DNA from: an uncultured Clostridium sp.
GTDB taxonomy: Bacteria; Bacillota; Clostridia; TANB77; CAG-508
Assembly: GCA_902492105.1 (NCBI GenBank)
Contig: CABUKD010000001.1
Span: forward strand, 6,987-70,986
Direction: 5' to 3'
Length of the DNA: 64,000 nt
Of this stretch, positions 28,219 to 39,411 are shown piece after piece. Below the pieces are notes generated by a model. It searched no databases. It worked only from the letters and a program-made list of their open reading frames with translations, and was not told where the DNA came from. The position numbers and the translations under genes were made by a program. Position 1 is the first letter of the stretch, and every line of letters starts with the position of its first letter.

Positions 28219-28746
28219 CTACTCTTCCATAGCATTGCGACTAATTTCTTTTTTTAATATTCTATTTTTCCTATCTCCCACTAATGCTTTATAGACAGAA
28301 ATAGCAATAAGCACCATTAAAATTCCTGCAAATACACCTGCAGTATCAATTCCTACATCCAATATACTTGGACCTCTTCCAATCACAAAGCTTTGATGAT
28401 ATTCATCAGATATTGCATAAAGAAGGCCAACACCTAGACTTACCAATAATTTTTGATATAGCCTAATAGAAAATGTACTCATAAAAGACATAATAAAAAT
28501 GCCAACTAACCCATAGATTGAAAAATGCGCTAATTTTCTTAAAATTGGTTCTCCATGCTCTATTAATTTTAGTTTAGTTGCTATACTTAAATCTTTTGTA
28601 TATGGAAATACATTAATAAATTTTGTCATTATTTTATTACTTAAACTTCCCGATTCATCTCCATTTTGAGAAGAAAAGCGAAAAATTGCAAAAAAAGTAC
28701 TACATAATAATAATAGAAATAAAATTCTTAAAAATAGTGTTTTCAT
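28219..28746 (-). CDS. VanZ-like family membrane protein.
   Basis: Four TM segments with RKLAHFSIYGLVG and SDEYHQSF motifs typical of VanZ-like proteins. Confidence 0.65.
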   Translation of the reverse strand: MKTLFLRILFLLLLCSTFFAIFRFSSQNGDESGSLSNKIMTKFINVFPYTKDLSIATKLKLIEHGEPILRKLAHFSIYGLVGIFIMSFMSTFSIRLYQKLLVSLGVGLLYAISDEYHQSFVIGRGPSILDVGIDTAGVFAGILMVLIAISVYKALVGDRKNRILKKEISRNAMEE

Positions 28747-28838
28747 TTTTCTCCTTGTTTTAATAATTGGTTCAAAATAAATATATTTTTAACCAATTAT
28801 TAAAACTTTATTTTTATTGTTTTATAAATATAATCTCA

Positions 28839-30362
28839 TTACTCTCCCATGACCTCTTGAATCTCTTCTTTTGCTGCATCTACTGAATTTGAATCTGGAA
28901 TCATAACATATGCATAACTACTTCCTAAAGAATAGGTTGTTCTTGAAGCACCTGTTCCAGTAAGTGCATTTGTTTTAATTGTCCATGAAGACATATTGTT
29001 TAGTTGATCTTTTACTAAACTACTAATTTCACTTTGTTCTATATTAGTTTGGAAGGTTCCTTCTAAAGCATTTAAAATACTAGTATATTTAGTCAAAATA
29101 GTTGTACTATTTAATACTTTTTTCATAATTGCTTCAATTACAGCTTGTTGGTTTTTCACTCTTTGATTATCTCCACTAGCAAAAGCATGTCTTTCTCTAC
29201 TAAATTGTAGTGCTGCTGCACCATCCAAATGATTATATCCTTGGTTATAATGATATCCATAACTTGAAAATTCATATTCTGAATATACATCAATTCCACC
29301 CAAAGTATCCACTAGCGTTTTTACTGTTGTAAAATTAACTCTTACATAATAATTAATGTCAATATCTAATAAATCTTCTACTGTTGTTACCGTTTCATTA
29401 ATACCATAAATTCCAGAATGTGTTAACTTATCTTTTGCTTGTTTTCCATGTAGTGTAACATAGTAATCTCTTGGAATAGAAGTTAATAGTACTTCATGTG
29501 TTTTTGTGTTAACTGTTACTATAATATTTGCATCACTTCTTCTACTATTTTTGTCATTTCCACTAATATAAACATTAAAAACTCCACCATTAATTGTATG
29601 TTTAGAATTTTCTGTTTCCATACTACCAATAGATTTTATCTCACGTTTTAAAGTATTCAATATTTTTACATCATTTTCAAAATCTTCAATTTCTTCTGTT
29701 AAAATATCATATTGTGAAGCACTAATATAAATAATATCAATTTCTCCATCTATCAACTCTTCTCCCATTTTTATCAGATCGTCACTATTTTGAAAATTGA
29801 CTTCTACCTGTTCTGTTAGTTGATTACTTTCTTCTTCTGTAAGTTGGAATAGATAAACATCTTCATTTTGAATATCTTCTATTTGTTCATAGTTTGAATT
29901 CTTTCTAACTACCACATAATACTCTTCTGTTTCTATAACATCTTGAAATACATTTCCTAAAAAATCTGTTGTTGCATTTGTATAATTTGTAACATAAATA
30001 TATACTCCTGAAAGAAGTAATACTATTATCATACAAAAAATATTTAACTTATAAGTTTTATGTTTTTTACCTAGCCCCACAACCATTGCTAAAGTAAATA
30101 TAATTTCCGCAATTGTTAAAACAATAATATATGTAGTTGGCAAGAGGTTCATTCGTAATACAGAAATATAAAACAGAGCTGTTATTATAACATAAATAAA
30201 AGCTATAATTTTAAAAAAGATATTTAATTTATTATTTGACTTTTTCTTTTTTTGTCCTTTCATTGTTGTACTTTCACTTCCTTTTTTTGATTTTGTTTTA
30301 TAATACTGCGAATGATTAATTCTAAAATTTTGTTCTTGGTCTTTTGAGTGCTTCCCTGCCAT
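28839..30362 (-). CDS. LytR-CpsA-Psr (LCP) family cell-wall polymer transferase.
   Basis: N-terminal TM segments and LLTSIPRDYYV LCP signature. Confidence 0.85.
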   Translation of the reverse strand: MAGKHSKDQEQNFRINHSQYYKTKSKKGSESTTMKGQKKKKSNNKLNIFFKIIAFIYVIITALFYISVLRMNLLPTTYIIVLTIAEIIFTLAMVVGLGKKHKTYKLNIFCMIIVLLLSGVYIYVTNYTNATTDFLGNVFQDVIETEEYYVVVRKNSNYEQIEDIQNEDVYLFQLTEEESNQLTEQVEVNFQNSDDLIKMGEELIDGEIDIIYISASQYDILTEEIEDFENDVKILNTLKREIKSIGSMETENSKHTINGGVFNVYISGNDKNSRRSDANIIVTVNTKTHEVLLTSIPRDYYVTLHGKQAKDKLTHSGIYGINETVTTVEDLLDIDINYYVRVNFTTVKTLVDTLGGIDVYSEYEFSSYGYHYNQGYNHLDGAAALQFSRERHAFASGDNQRVKNQQAVIEAIMKKVLNSTTILTKYTSILNALEGTFQTNIEQSEISSLVKDQLNNMSSWTIKTNALTGTGASRTTYSLGSSYAYVMIPDSNSVDAAKEEIQEVMGE

Positions 30363-30597
30363 CTCTTCCTCCTAATTATTATTAAATATTGCTTCATAAT
30401 CGTAATTTACTATCCAAAAAGTTAACTAAAATAGTATTTAATCTAAAGGTAAAAAAGGTTTGAATAACCATAAAACCATAAAAATACTTTCACAAGTTTT
30501 GGTTTATTTGATGCTAAATCCCCTAGTACAGCTATTTGTAAAAATACAAAATTAGAATATATAAATTAAATAACCATTATCTTCTTACCTTTATTTT

Positions 30598-31899
30598 TTA
30601 ATTATTTGATTGCTTTTCTGTTTTAACTGCAGCTTCTTCTATTTCTTCTTTTTTTCCTGTTTCTATTGACTTATTTTGAAAATATTTTCTTGTATCCACA
30701 TAAGCTATAGAAAGGAAATAAAAGAATGTGAGCTGTGTTACATCCATAATTTGAATAGTAATACCAGAAATAATAATTATTAATTGTATCACTATACAAA
30801 ATGTTAAAACTATATCTTCTTTATTTTTCAAATATGATTTAAAGGCTTTTATTAAGTTATATATAAAAAATGTTACTAACATTATACAACCTATAATTCC
30901 ATAATAATATAAATATTGAACAAACACATTATCAAATATTAATTGTACATTTTTAATAATTCCATTTCCAATAAACCAATGGTTTGATATGTCAGTACTA
31001 AATTTTTCCCAAATGAGAGTCCTGTCATTTAAAGTTGCTAAGTCTTCAAATAGTTCTCCTAGTCTAACAGAATATAGCAAGTCTTTATTAATTAGCATCA
31101 CTAAAATTACAGCCAACAATATAATTCCTATAATAATTAATTGCTGTTTTAATAATTTTTTATTTTTTTCTGCAATCAATTTTGTAATAATGATAATAAT
31201 ATATACTAATACTGTTGCAATTAATGCTGTTCTAGAACCAGTATAGTATAGGAAAAATACTGACAATATAATAAGTGGTATTTTCTTTTTGTTTTCCATT
31301 CTAGAAATTAATAATATAATACTAATCATGGATAGAAATACACCAAACATATTTGGATTTTTAAATGTTCCAGATATTCTATTAAAGAATTGAAAAATAT
31401 TACCCGATTTTCCCATTTCATATATATTTTTTAAAATACCATCTTTTAATACTGGTATATCGAATAATTCAATAGTAGATATCACACTAATTCCAATCAT
31501 AACTATAAAAATAACTTTATATAGTATTTTTTCTACATTCTTTGTTTCAATTTCTTTTAAAGTTTGATATAGATAATGGTACATAATAAACCACTCTATC
31601 ATTCTAATAATCTCTGCAAATTGTCTAATTCCCCAAAAATTTGTCCTAAAGATAGCAAGAATAGTCGCTATAATATTTAAAATAATAAATGCAATTAAAA
31701 ATTTATTTACTACATTATTTTCAGGTTTGTATTTATTTTTTATGGCGAGCAAAAATAAAGTTCCTATTAGTACCGCATCTGAAATATATAATGCAGCACT
31801 ATAGCCAATCCATTTAGATGGAAATGGCCAAAAGCATACAATTAGAACTGGAATTAAAATTGCTAAATATTGTTTTCTATGTTCTATTTTATTTTCCAC
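30598..31899 (-). CDS. O-antigen ligase/polymerase (Wzy-like) membrane protein.
   Basis: About 10 TM segments. YYTGSRTALIA motif characteristic of the O-antigen ligase domain. Confidence 0.7.
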   Translation of the reverse strand: MENKIEHRKQYLAILIPVLIVCFWPFPSKWIGYSAALYISDAVLIGTLFLLAIKNKYKPENNVVNKFLIAFIILNIIATILAIFRTNFWGIRQFAEIIRMIEWFIMYHYLYQTLKEIETKNVEKILYKVIFIVMIGISVISTIELFDIPVLKDGILKNIYEMGKSGNIFQFFNRISGTFKNPNMFGVFLSMISIILLISRMENKKKIPLIILSVFFLYYTGSRTALIATVLVYIIIIITKLIAEKNKKLLKQQLIIIGIILLAVILVMLINKDLLYSVRLGELFEDLATLNDRTLIWEKFSTDISNHWFIGNGIIKNVQLIFDNVFVQYLYYYGIIGCIMLVTFFIYNLIKAFKSYLKNKEDIVLTFCIVIQLIIIISGITIQIMDVTQLTFFYFLSIAYVDTRKYFQNKSIETGKKEEIEEAAVKTEKQSNN

Positions 31900-33085
31900 T
31901 ATTTAAAACTCCTTTAATTTGTAAGTAATGATTTTTCCAATTAAATTTTTGTGTAACATATTGATTTCTATCATTGCTATATTTTTCACTTGTATTCATA
32001 CAAAACTGGATTGCCTCTAGTATTTCTACTTTATTATTGTAAGCCACCACTTTACCTAGCTTATCTGATGTAATAATTTCTGAACTTGCTGTTATCGTTT
32101 CTGGTGGATTAGATTTTGCTGCAATGCAAGGAAGCCCACAAGCCAAAGCTTCTAAGTAGACATGTCCAAATCCCTCATATTTACTAGGCAAGATAAATAC
32201 ATCTGAAGCTTTATAATAATCTTCTACATTTGTTTTTTCTCCTAATAACTTAACTTGATTTTGTAGATTTCTTTCTTCTATTTTTTGTTGTAACAATTGT
32301 CTATTATCACCATCACCTACAAAGTATAAACTATAATTTTGTTCTTTTAGATTTTCCATACAATCAATAACAATTTCTTGGTTTTTCTCAGCTTCTAATC
32401 TAGCTACACAAAGCAAAATTTTTTCTTGTTCCTTAAAGCCTAATTTTTTTCTCAATTGTATTTTTTCTTCTTTACTTACTAAATTAAAACGCCTTTCATC
32501 AATTCCTGGATAAAAAACATCTACTTTTTTACTTTCAATATGATATTCTTTTTCCACTTCTTCTTTTTTAGATTTACTTAAAACTCCTATTATGGTAGAT
32601 TTACGAATAGCCATCCTATCTAATATATTAATTTGCGGAATAACCAGATAAGAATAGATTTTCTTAAAAATATTTTTTACTTTTTTAGCTTCTATTTTTT
32701 GCAATTTAGCTGCCACTAGAGGAGTAATAAAAATATGTTTTACCTCCTTATTTAAGCTTTCTATTGCTGCTGCAAAGGAATAAAATCTTGAAATAACAAT
32801 ATCATCTTTTCCAAATTTTATTTTTTTCAAAAATTTTTTATTTCTTTTATAGTAAATAATTGGTGAAAATATTTTTAATAGTTTAGGTATTCCGGAATAA
32901 TCAATTCTACTTACTTTAACACCATCGATTATTTCCACAGGTAATAATTCTTTCTTTTTTAAATTAGATGTAATAATTTCTACTTCATCTTCAGTATCTA
33001 AAATAGCTTTAGCAATATTTTTAGCATATGATACCAATCCACCTTTTTCTGGAATATATGCATTTGTTAAAATCCAAACTTTCAT
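31889..33085 (-). CDS. GT4 glycosyltransferase.
   Basis: EGFGHVYLEALACGLPCIA GT4 signature. Confidence 0.85.
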   Translation of the reverse strand: MKVWILTNAYIPEKGGLVSYAKNIAKAILDTEDEVEIITSNLKKKELLPVEIIDGVKVSRIDYSGIPKLLKIFSPIIYYKRNKKFLKKIKFGKDDIVISRFYSFAAAIESLNKEVKHIFITPLVAAKLQKIEAKKVKNIFKKIYSYLVIPQINILDRMAIRKSTIIGVLSKSKKEEVEKEYHIESKKVDVFYPGIDERRFNLVSKEEKIQLRKKLGFKEQEKILLCVARLEAEKNQEIVIDCMENLKEQNYSLYFVGDGDNRQLLQQKIEERNLQNQVKLLGEKTNVEDYYKASDVFILPSKYEGFGHVYLEALACGLPCIAAKSNPPETITASSEIITSDKLGKVVAYNNKVEILEAIQFCMNTSEKYSNDRNQYVTQKFNWKNHYLQIKGVLNSGK

Positions 33086-33097
33086 CTTTTTTCCTCA

Positions 33098-34258
33098 TTA
33101 TTTATTTCTATTTTTCAAAATTCTTACTATGTTTGAAAAAATCATTTTTCTAAATGTATATACATGATTTTCTAATCCTCTATAATTAATATTTTCTAGT
33201 TTATCTAATCCTTTTTCTACTATTTCATATACTTCTTGCTTATTCTCTTCTAATAGTAAATATTCAGATAGACTATGTAATAGCCATGCATCTGATCTTG
33301 GATAATATTGTTTATTAATAATTTCCCCTGTATTTTTAATGATTGGAGCAAAATGATCTTCTACAATCATATTTTTCATAATGTAATCTAAAATTTTAGA
33401 AGTCATTTGTTTATCTTTCCATTGTAAAGCACATAATAGTAAAGAACAATATCCCCAAGAATGAATATCTGTTGTTACCTTTTCTCCTATTTCTATATAT
33501 GGAACTGCAATACCTTGTTCTAATTTATCTTGTAAATAATTAGTAACTAATTTAATAATATCTTGATTATCTTTATTTTCAAAATAATTATTTAATAAAA
33601 TATGATAATATAGTTGTTGAGCTATGTGATAATTATCTACTTTTATATAACTTTTTTGGCTCATTAAAGATTTTTCAAAATAATTCCAATATCCCTTATT
33701 ATCTTTAATAATTAATTCGCTTTTTAAGTATTTTAGCATATCTGCACAAATTGGTTTTACTGTATTATCATTAAAAAGATAAGAATAATAACCTAATGCA
33801 GCTACAGTAAAAGAAATAGCATTTGTAATATGTACTTGATGATAAGAACATGGTGCATATGGAATTACATAAAGATTATCTTCATTTTTATAGGATTTTT
33901 CTTTAATCCAATTAACAGCTTTATTAATGTTTGGTACAATATTTTCATTTTTAAAAATTTCATAATATTTTAATAGTGCAAAAAGAGAAACAATTTCTGG
34001 TGTAGTAGATTCTTGTTCGCTCTTTTTAGTCATGTTATCTCCAAATGAAAAATTATATCCAATATCAAAACCTCCGTCTGCCAATTGTGTTCTAGCAATT
34101 AAGTTTGCAACATCATGACACCTTTTTTCATGTTTTTTTTCATGATATGCTAAGTACATATTTATATTAGCAAATAAGGCTTCATATAATGTTTGCGAAC
34201 TTAAAATATTATCTACAGGTTTATTTACAAATTCTAAAATTCTATCTTTTAATTTCAT
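33098..34258 (-). CDS. Hypothetical protein within the polysaccharide locus.
   Basis: 386 aa. No motif recognised. Soluble. Confidence 0.4.
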   Translation of the reverse strand: MKLKDRILEFVNKPVDNILSSQTLYEALFANINMYLAYHEKKHEKRCHDVANLIARTQLADGGFDIGYNFSFGDNMTKKSEQESTTPEIVSLFALLKYYEIFKNENIVPNINKAVNWIKEKSYKNEDNLYVIPYAPCSYHQVHITNAISFTVAALGYYSYLFNDNTVKPICADMLKYLKSELIIKDNKGYWNYFEKSLMSQKSYIKVDNYHIAQQLYYHILLNNYFENKDNQDIIKLVTNYLQDKLEQGIAVPYIEIGEKVTTDIHSWGYCSLLLCALQWKDKQMTSKILDYIMKNMIVEDHFAPIIKNTGEIINKQYYPRSDAWLLHSLSEYLLLEENKQEVYEIVEKGLDKLENINYRGLENHVYTFRKMIFSNIVRILKNRNK

Positions 34259-34259
34259 A

Positions 34260-35597
34260 TTATTTCACCTTATTAATAATAAATTTATATTTTCCATTTG
34301 GTTGTCTAGGAATACTATCTACAATATGAAATTGTATTTTTATAGTGTTTCCAATTAGTTTTTTTAACTCTTTCTCAAAATTTTGCAATGTCTTTTCTGT
34401 AAAATTAATATCTGGTACAATGTTAATATGTAAGTTTTGCAAATCTTCTTGTATATATTGACATTCTACTATCTCTTGATTAGAATATTTCATTGGCTGA
34501 TTTAAACTACCTGCAGCAATTCTAGTTCCATCTGGTAATTGTATAATGTCATCAATTCTTCCTTGAAAATGAATAATCCTTTTATGTTCATCCCCACATT
34601 TGCAAACTTCTTTTGTAATTTGACCTATATCTCCAATTTCATATCTGATTAATGGCATTGCATAATTATATAAATTAGTTCCTATTAATTTTCCTACTTG
34701 ATTTTTTATAACTTTATTAGTATTAATATCCACAGTTTCTATATAACAAGATTCTTCATGTATATGATATCCATTATGTATATCACATTCTGTAGATGCT
34801 ACACAGTCTTCATTTTGACCATAATGATCAAATATTTTGCAATGAAAGACTTCTTCTATTGCTTTTCTATATTCTTCAAATAATGTGTCTGAAGATGTTA
34901 AAATAGATTTTATAGAAATGCCTTTTGTATCTATTTTTTCTTTTCTAATAGTACTTGCCAGTATATAAACTGCCGAAGCATAGCCTTGTATATAAACTGG
35001 TTGAAATTTTTTCATTTCTTCTACTATTTGTTTTACATTTTCTACAGATAGCTTATTAGAAGCGATTTCTAAAATATTTCCTGTATATCTCCAAGCTACA
35101 TCAGAGCCAAGAATTCTTCCAATATAGCAAAATTTATCATACTTATAGTCAACATGACTTCTTTTTTTCCAAATTGCCCAATTACCTTGTCGTACATATT
35201 TACTCTGATTTGAAAAATAAAATTCTAATGGAGTTCCTGTTGTTCCGCCTGTAGTAATTTTATTCAATTTTTTATTTTTAAACTGCTTAGAAATCATTTT
35301 TTCTTTATTGCTAGCAATATCTTTTTTGGTCAAAATTGGAATTTTCTCCATATCATTTAGATTTTGAAATTCATATGGAATAAATTTAACATTGTCAAAT
35401 CTTTCTTTATAGAATTGGACATTTTCATAAGCATAAATAAGTAATTTCTTTAAGTGTTCTATAGTATAAGTATCTAACTGATTTCTATTTGCTTTTTCAT
35501 ATTTTTTTATGGTTTTCATATATCTCTTAAAATATGGATTTTGATATTTATATTGAATATATAAATAGTTAATTAACGGATTGTTAAAAATGCTCAT
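34260..35597 (-). CDS. CapK/PaaK-like adenylate-forming enzyme (phenylacetate-CoA ligase / F390 synthetase family).
   Basis: TTGGTTGTPLEFYF AMP-binding motif, typical of CapK-type proteins in capsule loci. Confidence 0.75.
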   Translation of the reverse strand: MSIFNNPLINYLYIQYKYQNPYFKRYMKTIKKYEKANRNQLDTYTIEHLKKLLIYAYENVQFYKERFDNVKFIPYEFQNLNDMEKIPILTKKDIASNKEKMISKQFKNKKLNKITTGGTTGTPLEFYFSNQSKYVRQGNWAIWKKRSHVDYKYDKFCYIGRILGSDVAWRYTGNILEIASNKLSVENVKQIVEEMKKFQPVYIQGYASAVYILASTIRKEKIDTKGISIKSILTSSDTLFEEYRKAIEEVFHCKIFDHYGQNEDCVASTECDIHNGYHIHEESCYIETVDINTNKVIKNQVGKLIGTNLYNYAMPLIRYEIGDIGQITKEVCKCGDEHKRIIHFQGRIDDIIQLPDGTRIAAGSLNQPMKYSNQEIVECQYIQEDLQNLHINIVPDINFTEKTLQNFEKELKKLIGNTIKIQFHIVDSIPRQPNGKYKFIINKVK

Positions 35598-37051
35598 TTT
35601 TTCTCCTCTTCATTTTCATTTTTTTCTAGTATATTTATTTTATGTTTTGGCAATAAATTTAATAAATATTCTCTATTTTTAAAGACAAATATACTTAATA
35701 ATACAATAGTTACAACAACATAAACAATGTTTGAAAATTTAAGTATATTAGTAACTATTAATAATAAAATGGTAATAGCACTATCTATATAATAATTTTT
35801 GTCTAACTTCATTTTATAACCCATTTTGTTCAATCCTATCATGCAAAGTAATAATATTAATAAAGTACTTGCTCCCCTAGCTATTACTACAATAATTAGT
35901 CCAAATTTATCTATCAGAGCTGTAATTAAAATTACTTGTAGCATAACAGATAGAAAGCTAATTATAAAATATTTTTTAGAATCACCTACTGCATATAAAA
36001 AATTATTTAGTATTTGTGTTGGTGATGAAAACAAAACAATACTAGTTAATATTTGTAAAATAACACTATAAGACAAGTATTCTGTCCCAAATAATATACT
36101 AATAATAAGGTTACTGTTTAATACTACTATAATAGTAAGTGGATAAATAAACATTAAATTTTTATTTAAAATATGGTTTAATATAAAATTTGCATTTTCT
36201 TTTTTTAATGTTTTACAAATATATGGATAAAACGTAGAATTATATATATTTGGTAGCAACTTTACCATATTTACTACTTTTACTACTAAATAATATCCTC
36301 CCAAAATAGATAATCCTAATTTATTTACTACAATAATTTGATCTATTTTATCATATACAAATACTAATATCATAGAAAGGTATAAGAAAAATAAATATTT
36401 AAACATTGTTAAATCTATTTTTCCATGTTTTTGTATATTTACTTTTGAAAATATTTTTTCTTTTATGATAATATAGATTACATTAATTAATTGTAGGAGT
36501 CCCATAAAAACAAGTAAAATATTCTGTATATTACTATCTTTTGCAATGAAAAATACATAAAGTACCGCTATCAAATTTCCTATATTAAATAACTTAATTC
36601 CAATTGCATAATGAATAAATTTTTCACTTTCCTTAATATAGGCTAATAAAATATTATTCATAATTACAAATAATGCCGCAAAATACATTAAATAGGATGT
36701 AGATTCCTCTTGTCCTGTTATCATCTGTATAATATCAATATTAAATATTCGTAATCCCAAAGTGAGTACTAAGAAGAAAAGAATACATACAATCATGTAT
36801 TTAATAATAAAAATTTTTTTCTTATCAGTTTCTCCTTTATTGGTGAGTAACTTAATAATTCCTGTTTCTCCACCTAACATAAAGAAAGCAATAACTCCAT
36901 TATAAAAAATTTCTAACAAGCCTAGTGTTCCTGATGCTTCAGATGATATTCTACTAATTAAAGCAGTAGTTATTAATTGCATTGGAATAGCTAATATAGA
37001 AATGAAAAGTACAATTTTGGCGCCCCTATTGTATTTCCTTTCAATATCCAT
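35594..37051 (-). CDS. wzx: Wzx-type polysaccharide flippase (MOP superfamily).
   Basis: 485 aa, about 12-14 TM segments. It sits within the glycosyltransferase locus. Confidence 0.7.
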   Translation of the reverse strand: MDIERKYNRGAKIVLFISILAIPMQLITTALISRISSEASGTLGLLEIFYNGVIAFFMLGGETGIIKLLTNKGETDKKKIFIIKYMIVCILFFLVLTLGLRIFNIDIIQMITGQEESTSYLMYFAALFVIMNNILLAYIKESEKFIHYAIGIKLFNIGNLIAVLYVFFIAKDSNIQNILLVFMGLLQLINVIYIIIKEKIFSKVNIQKHGKIDLTMFKYLFFLYLSMILVFVYDKIDQIIVVNKLGLSILGGYYLVVKVVNMVKLLPNIYNSTFYPYICKTLKKENANFILNHILNKNLMFIYPLTIIVVLNSNLIISILFGTEYLSYSVILQILTSIVLFSSPTQILNNFLYAVGDSKKYFIISFLSVMLQVILITALIDKFGLIIVVIARGASTLLILLLCMIGLNKMGYKMKLDKNYYIDSAITILLLIVTNILKFSNIVYVVVTIVLLSIFVFKNREYLLNLLPKHKINILEKNENEEEKK

Positions 37052-38025
37052 TATTTCCTCCTAAAGTATATTATAAAAGCCAAATATAATAAAAAATCCA
37101 AATGAAATGTAATAATTTTTAAAATTATTTGATATCTTTTAGCAATATAATGGCAGTTTATATTTTGTAGATTTTTTCTAATTGCTTTACAAGTTTTTTT
37201 AAATATTTTATATTGTTTTGTGTTTGTTGTTTGCCTTAGTAAGTCTATTTGAAAAACAACTATATAATTATAAATCACAGTTTGATAAACAGTATTCTCG
37301 AATTTTTGCTTTAATTTAGCGACCATAAAGTTTACAGTATTTTTACTTAATTCTAAATTTATCTTAGTAGAAAGAGAATCTTTTCTTTTTAAATATTGAT
37401 AAACTATTTTATCAAAAAAGAAAATTTTATTACTATTTTCTAAAACTTGAATAGTAAAAAATAATTCTTCTGAATTTTTTACTTGTTCATCAAAATAAAT
37501 ATTATTCTCCTTTATAATCCTGCTTTCTATAATTTTAAATTGTCCCCATGGTAAGTTCCATGAAATAGTATTTTTAATTAGTTCTTCTTTACTTAGTTCT
37601 TTAAATTTTTCTAATCGGTAGGTATTATAAACTTGTCCATTTGGCAAAATTTGTTCAAAATTATAATAAATTACATCATACTGTTTATATTTTAAATATT
37701 TATCTATTAATTCGCATAAATTCTCTGTTTTAATTTTATCATCCGAGTCCAAAAACATAATATAATCTCCAGTAGCCATTTCTATTCCCTTATTTCTAGC
37801 AGCTCCTGGTCCCTTATTGTTTTGATACTCATATTTTATATTTTTATAATCTTCTAAATATTTTTTTATAATTGTATGTGTATTATCAGTTGAACCATCA
37901 TTAATTAATATTATTTCAATATTTTGAATATCTATAATTGTGCTCAATGTACATTCAATTGTTTCTTCACTATTATAACAAGGAATAACAATTGTTAAAA
38001 TTGGTTTCAATATTATAACCTCCAA
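37051..38025 (-). CDS. GT2 glycosyltransferase.
   Basis: IVIPCYN, INDGSTDNT and LDSDD motifs. Confidence 0.85.
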   Translation of the reverse strand: MEVIILKPILTIVIPCYNSEETIECTLSTIIDIQNIEIILINDGSTDNTHTIIKKYLEDYKNIKYEYQNNKGPGAARNKGIEMATGDYIMFLDSDDKIKTENLCELIDKYLKYKQYDVIYYNFEQILPNGQVYNTYRLEKFKELSKEELIKNTISWNLPWGQFKIIESRIIKENNIYFDEQVKNSEELFFTIQVLENSNKIFFFDKIVYQYLKRKDSLSTKINLELSKNTVNFMVAKLKQKFENTVYQTVIYNYIVVFQIDLLRQTTNTKQYKIFKKTCKAIRKNLQNINCHYIAKRYQIILKIITFHLDFLLYLAFIIYFRRK

Positions 38026-39332
38026 TATGCATATCCGTCATTCAATACTTTTTCTTTATCTAATATTCCTTTAATATCAACAATGATATTTTTATTTTCT
38101 TCTTTTTGTGGGAAAAATGCTTTTATTTGCTCTTTCGTTAATTCTTTAAATTGTTGATGTGCTACTGCAATTACAAGACAGTCAATATCTTTTATTTTTT
38201 CCATACTTGTTAACTTAATTCCATATTCTTTTTCTGTTTCTTCTTTATCTGCTAATGGATCTATTACGATTGGTTCAATATTATATTCTCTTAATTTATG
38301 AATAATATCTACTACTCTTGTATTTCTAATATCTGGACAATTTTCTTTAAAAGTAAGTCCTAAAATAGCAACTTTTGCTTTACTTACTGTTTTATCAGCT
38401 AAGATTAGTTCTTTAATAATTCCTTCTGCTACAAAATCACTCATCAAATTGTTAATTTTTCTAGCTGATGCTATAATTTGAGAGTTATAACCCAATTTTT
38501 CAGCTTCATAAATAAAGTAATATGGGTCTACTCCAATACAATGTCCACCAACAAGACCTGGATAAAACCCTAATGCATTCCATTTTGTATTCATTGCTTC
38601 AATTACTTCTTTTGTATCAATATTCATTTTATGTAATACAATAGATACTTCATTCATAAATGCAATATTAATATCTCTTTGACTATTTTCCAATACTTTA
38701 GTAGCTTCTGCTACTTTAATACTACTTGCTCTATGTACTCCTGCATCAATAACTAATTCATAAACATTGGCAATTTCTTCTAATGCTTCTTTGTCCATTC
38801 CTGAAACTACTTTTTTAATATTATTTAATCTATGAACTTTATCTCCTGGATTAATTCTTTCTGGAGAATAACCAATTTTAAAATCCACACCACATTTTAA
38901 TCCAGATTTTTCTTCTAGAATAGGTATACAGATATCTTCTGTAACCCCTGGATATACAGTAGATTCATAAACAACTACAGAACCTTTTGTTAAGTTTCTT
39001 CCTAGTATTTCACTAGCCCCTATTACTGGTGCTAAATCTGGAGTTTTATCTGCATTAATAGGAGTAGGTACTGCAACAATATGAAATTTTGCTTTTTGAA
39101 TATCTTCTTCCCTACTTGTAAATTGTACTTTACATTTTTTTACTTCTTCGTCTCCTACTTCACTAGTTGGGTCTATACCTTTTTTATACTTTTCTATTTT
39201 TATATTGTTAATATCATAACCAATTACATCTACTTTTTTAGAAAAAGCAACTGCTAGTGGCATTCCTACATAGCCAAGCCCTACCACACAAAGTTTTTCT
39301 TTTTTATTTAATAAATCTTGATACAATGACAT
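38013..39332 (-). CDS. UDP-sugar dehydrogenase (UDP-N-acetyl-D-mannosamine / UDP-GlcNAc 6-dehydrogenase family).
   Basis: N-terminal GLGYVGMPLAVAF Rossmann motif and catalytic-Cys region GGHCIGVDP. Confidence 0.85.
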   Translation of the reverse strand: MSLYQDLLNKKEKLCVVGLGYVGMPLAVAFSKKVDVIGYDINNIKIEKYKKGIDPTSEVGDEEVKKCKVQFTSREEDIQKAKFHIVAVPTPINADKTPDLAPVIGASEILGRNLTKGSVVVYESTVYPGVTEDICIPILEEKSGLKCGVDFKIGYSPERINPGDKVHRLNNIKKVVSGMDKEALEEIANVYELVIDAGVHRASSIKVAEATKVLENSQRDINIAFMNEVSIVLHKMNIDTKEVIEAMNTKWNALGFYPGLVGGHCIGVDPYYFIYEAEKLGYNSQIIASARKINNLMSDFVAEGIIKELILADKTVSKAKVAILGLTFKENCPDIRNTRVVDIIHKLREYNIEPIVIDPLADKEETEKEYGIKLTSMEKIKDIDCLVIAVAHQQFKELTKEQIKAFFPQKEENKNIIVDIKGILDKEKVLNDGYAYWRL

Positions 39333-39411
39333 TTTTTATTCTCCTTTTCTATTTTTATTTTTTTATTAATTCTTCATACTATTTCAATTCTTTATTTTAT
39401 TAAATACTAAC